Assembly (NCBI GenBank): GCA_046566345.1
Contig: JBKHWW010000195.1
Location: forward strand, 1 to 50,108
DNA from: Actinomycetes bacterium
Lineage (GTDB): Bacteria; Actinomycetota; Actinomycetes; Propionibacteriales; Propionibacteriaceae
Length of the DNA: 50,108 nt
Direction of reading: 5' to 3'
The notes beneath the pieces were generated by a model. It did no database searches. It saw nothing but the letters and a program-made list of their open reading frames with translations, and was not told the origin of the DNA. A program made the position numbers and the translations under genes. Each line of letters opens with the position of its first letter. The stretch's first letter is position 1. Shown one piece after another: positions 17,745-25,836 of the stretch.

Positions 17745-18215
17745 CTAGGCGACGGGTGGGACGCCGCGGGCGCCCAGCCACCGGGGCGTCCGGGCCGCGT
17801 AGGCGTGCCACTTGCCGCCGAAGACGGACGCCAGCGCCGCCTCCTCGCGCCGCACCTGGGGGGTGAGCGTCGCGACCAGCCCCAGGGATGCCAGCGCGGT
17901 CCACGGGCGTCCGGACAGCAACCCGGTGCCGGCTAGCCCGGCGGCGAGCGCGACGTACATCGGGTTGCGCGTCCACCGGTTGGGCCCGTCGGTGACCAGC
18001 GAGCTGGCCCGCTCGGGGTCCCAGGGGTGCCAGGTGGTGCCCCTCGCGACGAAGAGGCGGAGCGTGACGGCGCCGGTCCCGACAGCGCTGGCGACGAGCC
18101 CGGCACCGGCGGCCGCGGCTAGGGGGTGGGGGCGCCGGCGTCCGCCCAGGCCTGCCGCCGCTTGCTGGAGCGCGAGCCACAGGGCCGCCTGGAGGGGAGG
18201 GATGAAGACGGTCAT
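17745..18215 (-). CDS. Isoprenylcysteine carboxyl methyltransferase (ICMT/PEMT) family membrane protein
   Basis: GTTWHPWDPERASSLVTDGPNRWTRNPMYV, EEAAL...FG..WHAYAARTPRW. Confidence 0.82.
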   Translation of the reverse strand: MTVFIPPLQAALWLALQQAAAGLGGRRRPHPLAAAAGAGLVASAVGTGAVTLRLFVARGTTWHPWDPERASSLVTDGPNRWTRNPMYVALAAGLAGTGLLSGRPWTALASLGLVATLTPQVRREEAALASVFGGKWHAYAARTPRWLGARGVPPVA

Positions 18216-18226
18216 GCCCGGACCAA

Positions 18227-19117
18227 TCAGCGCCGCACGAGGGCGGCGTCCACCGGACCCAGTCGGCGCTCGCGCAGCGTGTACAGCAGCCACGGGTACT
18301 CGGTCTGTACGGCGTCCACGCCGAGGTCGAGCACCCGGGACCACGCGGCCGAGGGACTCTCCAAGATCGCCCGCTCGTCGTCGTAGCCGGCGAAGAGCGG
18401 GATGCCGGTGGTCAGCGTCTCGCTGTTGATCCATGTGAGCAGGTGGTCTCGGTGGATCCGTTCCATCACCGCGGCTTCGAACCACGGCGTCTCCTCATCG
18501 TGGGCGATGAGCTCGACGCCGACGAGGTTGATCGCCGAGTCGTGGAGCGGGAGCGCGGCCAGCTCCTCCAGGGTGGAGCAGATGGCCAGCACGGGGAACT
18601 TCGTTCGGTGCTGGCGCAGCTTGTCGAGCGCGGCAGTCTCCCAGGCGGGCACCTTCAGGACCAGCTGTTCGCTCATGCCGAGCCCATCGAGGACCTTCAG
18701 CAACGTCGGCCAGCGCCACCACGACCGGTCGAGCGCGAACAGAAGGGGGCGCCCCTTGAATTCGCTCAGCACCGAGGTGAGCCGCTCGACGCGGGCTCGG
18801 CGTCCGGGCCGGTCCTTGAAGAGGTAGGTGAGGTCGCCGATCTCGGCGGCGGTCATCGCCTGGATGTTGCGGTGGACGCCGAGTAGCTCGGGCTCGAAGC
18901 CGTCGTGGAAGGCAAAGAAGATGTTGTCCGCGCTCGCGGAGACGTCGATCTTGACCACGTCAGCGCCCGAGACGAGCGCGGCGCGGACGGCCAGCGCGGT
19001 GTTCACCGGGGCGCTCCCGACCGCGACGCCGCCGTGCGACACCACCAGGGGCCGGCCGGCTGAGGCCACCTGATTCAGCAGTGCGTTGACCGGGGCGTGC
19101 TCGAGCGCACCAAACAC
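18227..19117 (-). CDS. Glycerophosphodiester phosphodiesterase (GDPD) family protein with atypical active site
   Basis: VVSHGG...PVNT...GADVVKIDV...FHD...GVDAVQTEYP. AAGGAG RBS 7 nt before GTG 19117. Confidence 0.75.
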   Translation of the reverse strand: MFGALEHAPVNALLNQVASAGRPLVVSHGGVAVGSAPVNTALAVRAALVSGADVVKIDVSASADNIFFAFHDGFEPELLGVHRNIQAMTAAEIGDLTYLFKDRPGRRARVERLTSVLSEFKGRPLLFALDRSWWRWPTLLKVLDGLGMSEQLVLKVPAWETAALDKLRQHRTKFPVLAICSTLEELAALPLHDSAINLVGVELIAHDEETPWFEAAVMERIHRDHLLTWINSETLTTGIPLFAGYDDERAILESPSAAWSRVLDLGVDAVQTEYPWLLYTLRERRLGPVDAALVRR

Positions 19118-19229
19118 ATTGATTCTCCTTGTCACCGGCATACGTCGATGGATGACGTGACCACGCCGCAGTCTACCCGGCCCGCATCCGACGCGGACGC
19201 TGGCGCAAGCCTGAGGTGAGACACGGCGT

Positions 19230-19259
19230 CCGCACAGCACCCGCACAGGCGCGCTCTCG
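19230..19259 (+). promoter_or_regulatory. 11-bp-period direct repeats (OmpR/MprA-type operator candidate)
   Basis: CCGCACAG-cac-CCGCACAG-gcg-CGCTCTCG just upstream of the ferric reductase gene. Confidence 0.45.
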
Positions 19260-19272
19260 AAGGTGGTGAGCG

Positions 19273-20706
19273 TTGACACTCCTGGATGACCGTCCCGCCG
19301 GTCCGATACCGTACCCCGAGCCCGAACCCGCGTTCATGACGCGCTACCGCCGCCAGGCCGGACGCCGCCGGCTCGCCTCGGACGCCCTCACGCTGGCGGG
19401 CTGGGCGGTACTGGTCGCCCCGATCGGCCTGTGGCTGTCCGCGGGGGGCTGGGAGATTATGGCCTCCTCCGGAGCCGAGGCCACCCGGGGCGTCGGGATC
19501 CTGGCCGGCCTGCTGGCCACCTCGTCAATGGTGGTGATGCTGTGGCTGGCCGCGCGCGTCCCCCTCATCGACCGCACGATCGGGCACGACCGGGCGCTGG
19601 CTCTCCACTCCGACCTGGGGCAGATGACCTTCCTCGGGCTCCTGCTCCATGGGTTGTTCGTCGTGTCCGGGTACGCGCTGGGCGACGGCCTGAGCTGGGC
19701 AGCCGACTTCGGCACGCTGTGGGGCACGGCTGACTTCGCCTTGGCCGTCGCGTCCTCGGGCCTGCTCGCCGCGGTCGCCCTGAGCTCGGTCGCCTTAGCG
19801 CGCCGGCGCCTGCCTCACGAGGCTTGGCTGGCCGTCCACTGGCTCAGCTACGCTGCGGTGCTGCTTGCGCTGCCCCATCAATTCTCTCTGGGCGGTCTGT
19901 TCTTAGAGGGCGCCGCCTTCTGGTTCTGGGCGGTGCTGTGGGCGGCCACGGTGTTCGTCCTGCTCACCTTCCGCGTCTTCGGTCCGCTCGCCACGAGCCT
20001 GGAGCACCGGCTGGTCGTTTCCCGCGTCGTCCAGGAGACGGCAGACTCGGTCACGATCGAGCTCACCGGCCGGCACCTCGAGCGGCTCGGCGCCCGCGGT
20101 GGCCAGTTCTTCAACTGGCGCTTCCTGACCCGCCACACGTGGTGGCACCAGCACCCGTTCTCGTTGTCGGCCGCCCCCAGCGGCGACACCCTCCGAATCA
20201 CGGTCCGCGAGCTCGGAGCCGGGACGCGGCGGCTCGCCCGCGGCGTCCGTGCGGGAACGCGCGTCTTGATCGAGGGTCCCTACGGCCGGTTCAGCGACGC
20301 CGCCCGCACCGCGCCGGCCGTGGTGATGGTGGGGTTCGGCATCGGTGTCGCGCCTCTCCGCGCGCTGCTGGAGACCACTGACTTCGTTCCCGATGACGCC
20401 ACCGTGATCCTGCGCGCCCGCGGGATCGAAGACCTACCCCTGCTGTCCGAGGTCGCTGCTTTGTGCCAGGCCCGGGGCGCCCACCTGATGGTGCTCACCG
20501 GACGCCGAGGCGTCCGCCCCGACGGCACCACCTCGTGGCTCCCGCAGTCGCACGCGGAGTTGACGCTGGGCGACCTGGTCGGCCGGCTGGAGCGCGCGGA
20601 CGTCTTCGTCTGCGGTCCGAACGCCGCCATCGAGGGGGTGCTGACCGACGCGAGGGCGGCCGGCGCCGGCGACGAGCAACTTCACCGCGAGCGCTTCGCC
20701 TGGTGA
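19273..20706 (+). CDS. Ferric reductase-like transmembrane domain fused to FAD/NAD(P)H-binding oxidoreductase
   Basis: Heme-His TM helices (LHSDLG, LHG, VHWLSY, PHQ), then GQF, HPFSLS, EGPYG, GIGVAP, VCGP, HRERFAW. Confidence 0.9.
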   Translation: MTLLDDRPAGPIPYPEPEPAFMTRYRRQAGRRRLASDALTLAGWAVLVAPIGLWLSAGGWEIMASSGAEATRGVGILAGLLATSSMVVMLWLAARVPLIDRTIGHDRALALHSDLGQMTFLGLLLHGLFVVSGYALGDGLSWAADFGTLWGTADFALAVASSGLLAAVALSSVALARRRLPHEAWLAVHWLSYAAVLLALPHQFSLGGLFLEGAAFWFWAVLWAATVFVLLTFRVFGPLATSLEHRLVVSRVVQETADSVTIELTGRHLERLGARGGQFFNWRFLTRHTWWHQHPFSLSAAPSGDTLRITVRELGAGTRRLARGVRAGTRVLIEGPYGRFSDAARTAPAVVMVGFGIGVAPLRALLETTDFVPDDATVILRARGIEDLPLLSEVAALCQARGAHLMVLTGRRGVRPDGTTSWLPQSHAELTLGDLVGRLERADVFVCGPNAAIEGVLTDARAAGAGDEQLHRERFAW

Positions 20707-20733
20707 CACGAAACGACGACGAAAGGAACACTC

Positions 20734-21195
20734 ATGAGCACGCGCGCCACGATCGCTGCGGCGGTCGCCTCCATCGGTGTGATCGGCCTGGGATGGAACC
20801 TCGGCTCCACGCCCGCGACGCCCACCGCTCCGGAGAGCACGACCACCACCGCTCCGGCGAGCACGACCACCACCGCGGGGACGCCGAGCACGGCGACCGC
20901 GCGGGCGTCCGGCTTGGTGGATGGGACCTACACCGGCCAGACGGCCACCCACCGCTTCGGCAGCGTCACCGTGACCCTCACCGTTGCCGACGGGTCGATC
21001 GCCACCCTGTCCGAGGAGGTGATCAGCGACGGTGACCGGCACTCCGACCAGATCAACGACCGGGCGATCCCGACCCTGAAGAGCCGCATCCTGAGCGCCG
21101 ACAGCGCAGACGTGTCGACCATCTCCGGAGCCACGTACACCACCGAGGCCTACCTGACGTCTCTGCAGTCGGCGCTGGATGAGGCCGCCGCATGA
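20734..21195 (+). CDS. Secreted FMN-binding (flavinylation target) protein
   Basis: Signal/anchor, Thr-rich linker, DGTYTG, ISGATYT flavinylation motif. Confidence 0.9.
   Translation: MSTRATIAAAVASIGVIGLGWNLGSTPATPTAPESTTTTAPASTTTTAGTPSTATARASGLVDGTYTGQTATHRFGSVTVTLTVADGSIATLSEEVISDGDRHSDQINDRAIPTLKSRILSADSADVSTISGATYTTEAYLTSLQSALDEAAA
20824..20871 (+). repeat. 24-bp tandem repeat (2 copies) encoding TAP(E/A)STTT linker
   Basis: accgctccggagagcacgaccacc / accgctccggcgagcacgaccacc. Confidence 0.85.
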
Positions 21196-21941
21196 GCGCT
21201 CCGTTCGTCTTCGCTGCCATGGGCACCGTCGTCAGCCTGCACACGCACGCGCGGCTGGCTCGCGCGACCGAGGACGCGGTCCTCACCGCCTTCGTCACCC
21301 TCGAGGAGCGGTTCAGCACGTGGCGGGCCGACAGCGAGGGCTCGCGGCTCTCCCGCCACGAGATCACCCTGTTGCAGGTGACCCCCGAGTTCCGCAGCGT
21401 CTACGACGAGGCGATCGCCTGGCGCGCCGCCACTGAGGGAGCCTTCACCCCGCACCGGCCCGACGGCATGGTCGACTTGTCGGGCCTGGTGAAGGCGCGC
21501 GCTCTGGCGGACGCCGGCGAAGCGCTGGCCGCCCACGGCGAACAGGATTGGTGTCTGAACGCCGGCGGCGACGTCCTCACCTCCGGCGTGCGCACGGACG
21601 GGACGCCTTGGGTCGTCGGCATCGTCGACCCGCGCGACCGGCGCTCACTGCTGTCGCAGGCCACGACGGGCCCTGGACGCCGTGCCGTGGCCACGTCGGG
21701 GGTCGCGGAGCGCGGCGAGCACGTGTGGCGGCTCGGGGCCGACGATCGCTTCTCCCAGGTGACCGTGGTGGCCGGCGACATCGTGACCGCGGACGTCCTC
21801 GCCACGGCCATCCTCGCCGGCGGCACGGGCGCGCTTGCGCGGGCCCACGATCTCGCCGAGGTCGAGGTGCTGGCTTGCGGCTCGAAGGGCGAGTTCTGGG
21901 CGACGCGGGCGTTTCGGGCCCCGTTGCTGAGTCGTACTTAA
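21192..21941 (+). CDS. apbE: FAD:protein FMN transferase (ApbE family)
   Basis: AMGT, DLSGLVKA, NAGGD, ATSG, ADVLATA. Confidence 0.9.
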   Translation: MSAPFVFAAMGTVVSLHTHARLARATEDAVLTAFVTLEERFSTWRADSEGSRLSRHEITLLQVTPEFRSVYDEAIAWRAATEGAFTPHRPDGMVDLSGLVKARALADAGEALAAHGEQDWCLNAGGDVLTSGVRTDGTPWVVGIVDPRDRRSLLSQATTGPGRRAVATSGVAERGEHVWRLGADDRFSQVTVVAGDIVTADVLATAILAGGTGALARAHDLAEVEVLACGSKGEFWATRAFRAPLLSRT

Positions 21942-22040
21942 GTGTGAAGTTGCGCGCGTTCCCTGTAGCCGAAGGGTGTTTGGACCACCCGTGGTGCACG
22001 CAGTCTTTGAAAATCCCTAAGAGATTCTTAGAATTGATTC

Positions 22041-22454
22041 ATGCGGAACCCCACGGCACTCGACGCCACGGTCCGGTGGCTGGTGCTCACCGGGGCGGCG
22101 GTCGTCGTGATCGTGATGGTTCCGCCCTCGGCGCTGGGTGACAAAGCCGTCCTCAGCCTCGGAGGGCTGGGCCGCCTCAACGCGGTGCACGTGGTCGCCG
22201 TGGGCGTCATCGTGGTCGCCTGGGCCCAGTGCATGGTGCACATGCTTCGGCTCAAGCCGCGCATGCATGGAGACGGCTGGGCCATCGGTCTCGGCGTCGC
22301 CACCGGGGCCGGGCTCGTGGCGACGGTGATCGCTGCGTTTGTGGGCACGCCGGTATCGGTGGTGTCGTCGATGGCGACGGCCGGCGTCCTCACGCTCCTC
22401 TTTGCGCTGCGCATCGACCATCGGGCCGCCCTCAAGCGGGCCTGCCCGGCCTAG
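22041..22454 (+). CDS. Hypothetical membrane protein (about 4 TM)
   Basis: Hydrophobic ORF filling the gap between apbE and trxA, preceded by an AT-rich segment. Confidence 0.5.
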   Translation: MRNPTALDATVRWLVLTGAAVVVIVMVPPSALGDKAVLSLGGLGRLNAVHVVAVGVIVVAWAQCMVHMLRLKPRMHGDGWAIGLGVATGAGLVATVIAAFVGTPVSVVSSMATAGVLTLLFALRIDHRAALKRACPA

Positions 22455-22456
22455 GG

Positions 22457-22780
22457 TCAGAGGTACTCGCCGAGCGCCTTGAGGATGGCGCCTTTCGACT
22501 TGCTTCCCGTGAGCGACGTAACCAGCTCCCCATTGACGAACAGCTGCAGCGTCGGGATGCTCATGATGCCGAACGACATCGGCGTGTTCGGGTTGTCATT
22601 GGTGTCGAGCTTCACGAAGCTCACCTTGTCGCCGTGCTCGGCGGCGAGCTCGTCGATGATCGGCGCGATCTGCTTGCACGGCGCGCACCAGTCAGCCCAG
22701 TAGTCGACCAGCACCGGCTTGCTGGACCTGAGGACCTCGGCCTCGAACGTGGCGTCGGTGACGGCGGCGACCGAACCCAT
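22457..22780 (-). CDS. trxA: Thioredoxin
   Basis: VLVDYWADWCAPC, SIPTL. GAGGAG RBS. Confidence 0.95.
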   Translation of the reverse strand: MGSVAAVTDATFEAEVLRSSKPVLVDYWADWCAPCKQIAPIIDELAAEHGDKVSFVKLDTNDNPNTPMSFGIMSIPTLQLFVNGELVTSLTGSKSKGAILKALGEYL

Positions 22781-22817
22781 GAGAACTCCTCACACTCAAG
22801 CGACGACGGATGCACGC

Positions 22818-22839
22818 ATCGTAGCCGGGCCCACCGACA
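22818..22839 (-). promoter_or_regulatory. PafBC/RecA-NDp-type promoter TGTCGG-N10-TACGAT upstream of trxA
   Basis: Minus strand TGTCGGtgggcccggcTACGAT, exact consensus. Confidence 0.65.
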
Positions 22840-22861
22840 ACCACGGCGTAGCCTTCCGGCC

Positions 22862-23935
22862 ATGGAGTGGCTCCGCATTGGCGACGTGGCACGGCGGACC
22901 GGGCTGACGCCGCGCACCCTCCGGCACTACGACGAGTTGGGGCTGTTGACGCCCAGCGGCCGATCGGAGGGCGACTACCGGCTGTACGCGCCCCAGGACC
23001 TCCAGCGGCTCCTCCAGATCCAACACCTCAAGAGCCTCGGGCTCCCGCTCGGCGAAGTCGCCGCAGCCCTCGACGACCCCGCCTTCGACGCGGCACAGGC
23101 GTTGGAGCGCCACATCGCAGTGGTCGAGTCCCGCATCGCGGCCGAGCAGGACCTGCTGGCCCGCCTCCAGCGCCTGCGGGACGCCGCCGGCACCGGGTGG
23201 GACGAGGTGCTGGAGGTGATCGCGCTCACCGAACGCTTACGCCACCCCGACGCGACCGTCCGGTTCCGCGCCATGCTGGACGCCCCGGCGTCCGTGCCCC
23301 TCGGTGACCTGCTGGAGTTGCTGCGCAGCGACCCCGAGCCGGGCGTCCGAGAGGCGGCGACCTGGGCGGTCGTGCACCACGGCCAGGCGGCTCTGGACGC
23401 TGTCATCAGCGAGGTCGCCGACCCGGACGCCGGCGTCCGGCGCCAGATGGCCCACGTTCTGGGCAAGATCCGCGATCCGCGCGCCACAGCGGTGCTGGTC
23501 ACACTGCTCGCCGATCCGGACGCCGACGTGGCCGCCAAGGCGGCGTTCGCCCTCGGGCAGGTCGGGGGAGTGGACGCCGCCCGCGCGCTCGCGGGGGCGT
23601 TGGGGCGTGGAACCACCGAGCTCCGAGCCTCCGTCGTGACCGCCTTGGGACACCTGGGTGCCGTGGCGTCCGGACCACTGCTGGCGGCGCTGGCCGCGCC
23701 CGAGGCATCCACGCGCGCCGACGCGGCCGAGGCCCTCGGCCATCTGGAGGACCTCTCGGCCATGCGCGCCTTGGCCCGCGCGGCGTCCGACGAGTCCGAG
23801 GACGTGCGCCTCGCGGCGCTGATGGCGCTCGGCGCGCTCGGCACGGACGCCGCCCGCGCTGCGATTCGCGAGGCGGGAGCGGACGCCACCGGCCGCACCC
23901 GACTGCTCGCCCGACGACTCTCCGGGTCCGCCTGA
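22862..23935 (+). CDS. MerR family regulator with C-terminal HEAT repeats
   Basis: LRIGDVARRTGLTPRTLRHYDELGLL...GDYRLY, then repeated D...VR..AA.ALG units. TAGCCT 7 nt before ATG. Confidence 0.9.
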   Translation: MEWLRIGDVARRTGLTPRTLRHYDELGLLTPSGRSEGDYRLYAPQDLQRLLQIQHLKSLGLPLGEVAAALDDPAFDAAQALERHIAVVESRIAAEQDLLARLQRLRDAAGTGWDEVLEVIALTERLRHPDATVRFRAMLDAPASVPLGDLLELLRSDPEPGVREAATWAVVHHGQAALDAVISEVADPDAGVRRQMAHVLGKIRDPRATAVLVTLLADPDADVAAKAAFALGQVGGVDAARALAGALGRGTTELRASVVTALGHLGAVASGPLLAALAAPEASTRADAAEALGHLEDLSAMRALARAASDESEDVRLAALMALGALGTDAARAAIREAGADATGRTRLLARRLSGSA

Positions 23936-23974
23936 CGCTGGGCGGGCACCAGCCCCTCGCCGAGCATCGCCGGC

Positions 23975-24005
23975 TTGACCTTCACGCGACGTCAAGCTCT
24001 ACCGT
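23975..24005 (+). promoter_or_regulatory. MerR-type promoter/operator (TTGACC-19 bp-TACCGT with dyad CTTCAC-N5-GTCAAG)
   Basis: Elongated 19-bp spacer containing an inverted repeat, directly upstream of the HEAT gene. Confidence 0.8.
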
Positions 24006-24026
24006 CATGGTCAGGAGGTACGAACC

Positions 24027-24821
24027 ATGACCAACCACACCACGAACCAGTTGATCGAGCTGCTGACCCACCCGGACGGCACGCAGCGGCGCCAGGCGGC
24101 GCTGGCCCTGGGCACCTCAGCCGACCCCGCGGCGGCCGAGGCCCTGGTGGAGCGGCTGAGCGTCGAGAGCCAGTCCTGCGTCCGCGAGGACCTGACGTGG
24201 GCCACGGTCCAGCACATCGACACGGCGCTTCCTCAGGTGCTGGCCATGCTGACCAGCGAGGAGCCAGGCAAGCGCCGCACGGGAGCTCACGTGCTCAGCA
24301 AGGTTGGCGACCCCGAGCACCTGGAGCACCTGGTGCCCCTGGTGGCCGACGAGCACAGCGACGTCGCCATCAAGGCCTACCGGGCTGTCGCCAACACCGG
24401 GCGCCCCGAGGCGCTCGACGCGCTCGCCGCACGACTGGGCGACGGTGACTCCTTGCAGCGAGACGCGCTGACGGCCGCGTTCGACCGCTTCGGCGAGACC
24501 GCGGTGCCGCTGCTGGTCACCGCCCTGGCGTCCGAGGACGCCGATGTCCGTGAGCATGCTGCGGACGTGCTCGGCCACGTCGGTCAGGACGCCGACGCGT
24601 CGGCCCCGGTCCTGGCGGCGCTCGCGGCGGACAGCGTCCCGTCTGTGCGGCTGGCTGCGGTGTCGGCCCTGGGCCAGCTGGGCCCGGTGGCTCACCTTGC
24701 CCTGGAGGGCCTGGCCACCGGGCCGGACGCCAGGGTGGCAGCCGTGGCGAGGCGCTTCCTGGCTCAGGCGCGCGCGAAGGCCTTGTCGGTAAGCACGGCG
24801 TCGGCGAGCCCGGCCAGGTAG
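24027..24821 (+). CDS. HEAT repeat protein, paralogous to the MerR effector domain
   Basis: [52 protein letters not shown]. Confidence 0.88.
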   Translation: MTNHTTNQLIELLTHPDGTQRRQAALALGTSADPAAAEALVERLSVESQSCVREDLTWATVQHIDTALPQVLAMLTSEEPGKRRTGAHVLSKVGDPEHLEHLVPLVADEHSDVAIKAYRAVANTGRPEALDALAARLGDGDSLQRDALTAAFDRFGETAVPLLVTALASEDADVREHAADVLGHVGQDADASAPVLAALAADSVPSVRLAAVSALGQLGPVAHLALEGLATGPDARVAAVARRFLAQARAKALSVSTASASPAR

Positions 24822-25732
24822 CGCTCGGCGTCCAGGGCGGCGGCACAGCCCGTGCCAGCGGCGGTGACGGCCTGACGGTAGACGTGGTCGACGAGGTCGC
24901 CGGCCGCGAAGACACCCGGCAGGTTCGTCTCCGTCGTGCCCGGCCGGGTGAGCACGTAGCCGGCCTCGTCCAGCTCGACCTGGCCGCGGACGAGCGCCGA
25001 GCGCGGGTCGTGGCCGACGGCGACGAAGACGCCTTGCACCTCGAGGTCGCGGGTCTCGCCGGTGATGGTGTCGCGGAGCGTCACCGACTCCACCGACTTC
25101 TCGCCGTTGATGGACTCCACCACCGAGTTCCAGGCGAAGTCGAGCTTGGGGTCGGCCTCGGCCCGCGCGGCCATGATCTTCGAGGCACGCAGCCGGTCTC
25201 GGCGGTGCACCATCGTCACGGATGTGCCGAACCGGGTCAGGAAGGTGGCCTCCTCGACGGCGGAGTCGCCGCCGCCGATGACGGCGATCGGCTTGTTGCG
25301 GAAGAAGAAGCCGTCGCAGGTGGCGCACCAGGACACGCCCTTGCCGGACAGCTTGTCCTCGCCCGGGACGCCGAGGCGCCGGTACCCCGACCCCATCGCG
25401 AGGATCACGGACTTGGCTTCGTAGCTGGTGCCCGAGGCATCAGTCACCCTCTTGACCGGTCCGGTGAGGTCGACCTCGACTACGTCGTCGGTGACGAGCT
25501 CGGCGCCGAAGCGGACCGCCTGCTCTTGCATGTTCATCATCAGCTCGGGACCCATGATGCCTTCAGGGAACCCGGGGAAGTTCTCGACCTCGGTGGTGGT
25601 CATCAAGGCGCCGCCGGCGTCGACGGCGCCGGTGAAGACGAGCGGCTGCAGGCTGGCGCGGGCGGCGTAGATCGCGGCGGTGTAGCCGGTGGGGCCCGAA
25701 CCGATGATGATGACTTCGCGGACGTCGTTCAT
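24764..25732 (-). CDS. trxB: Thioredoxin reductase
   Basis: [41 protein letters not shown]. Confidence 0.97.
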   Translation of the reverse strand: MNDVREVIIIGSGPTGYTAAIYAARASLQPLVFTGAVDAGGALMTTTEVENFPGFPEGIMGPELMMNMQEQAVRFGAELVTDDVVEVDLTGPVKRVTDASGTSYEAKSVILAMGSGYRRLGVPGEDKLSGKGVSWCATCDGFFFRNKPIAVIGGGDSAVEEATFLTRFGTSVTMVHRRDRLRASKIMAARAEADPKLDFAWNSVVESINGEKSVESVTLRDTITGETRDLEVQGVFVAVGHDPRSALVRGQVELDEAGYVLTRPGTTETNLPGVFAAGDLVDHVYRQAVTAAGTGCAAALDAERYLAGLADAVLTDKAFARA

Positions 25733-25787
25733 GCTTCTCTCTTCGCTGTGGGTCGCGGTGGCCAGATGGACGGCGTGACGTGCCGTT

Positions 25788-25814
25788 CAACCCGGCAGGG
25801 CATCAGACTATTCC
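25788..25814 (-). promoter_or_regulatory. SigH/SigR-type promoter GGAAT-N18-GTTG for trxB
   Basis: Minus strand GGAATagtctgatgccctgccggGTTG. trxB is a known SigR/SigH target. Confidence 0.8.
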
Positions 25815-25836
25815 CCGGTGCGCGTCCGACCCGCCG

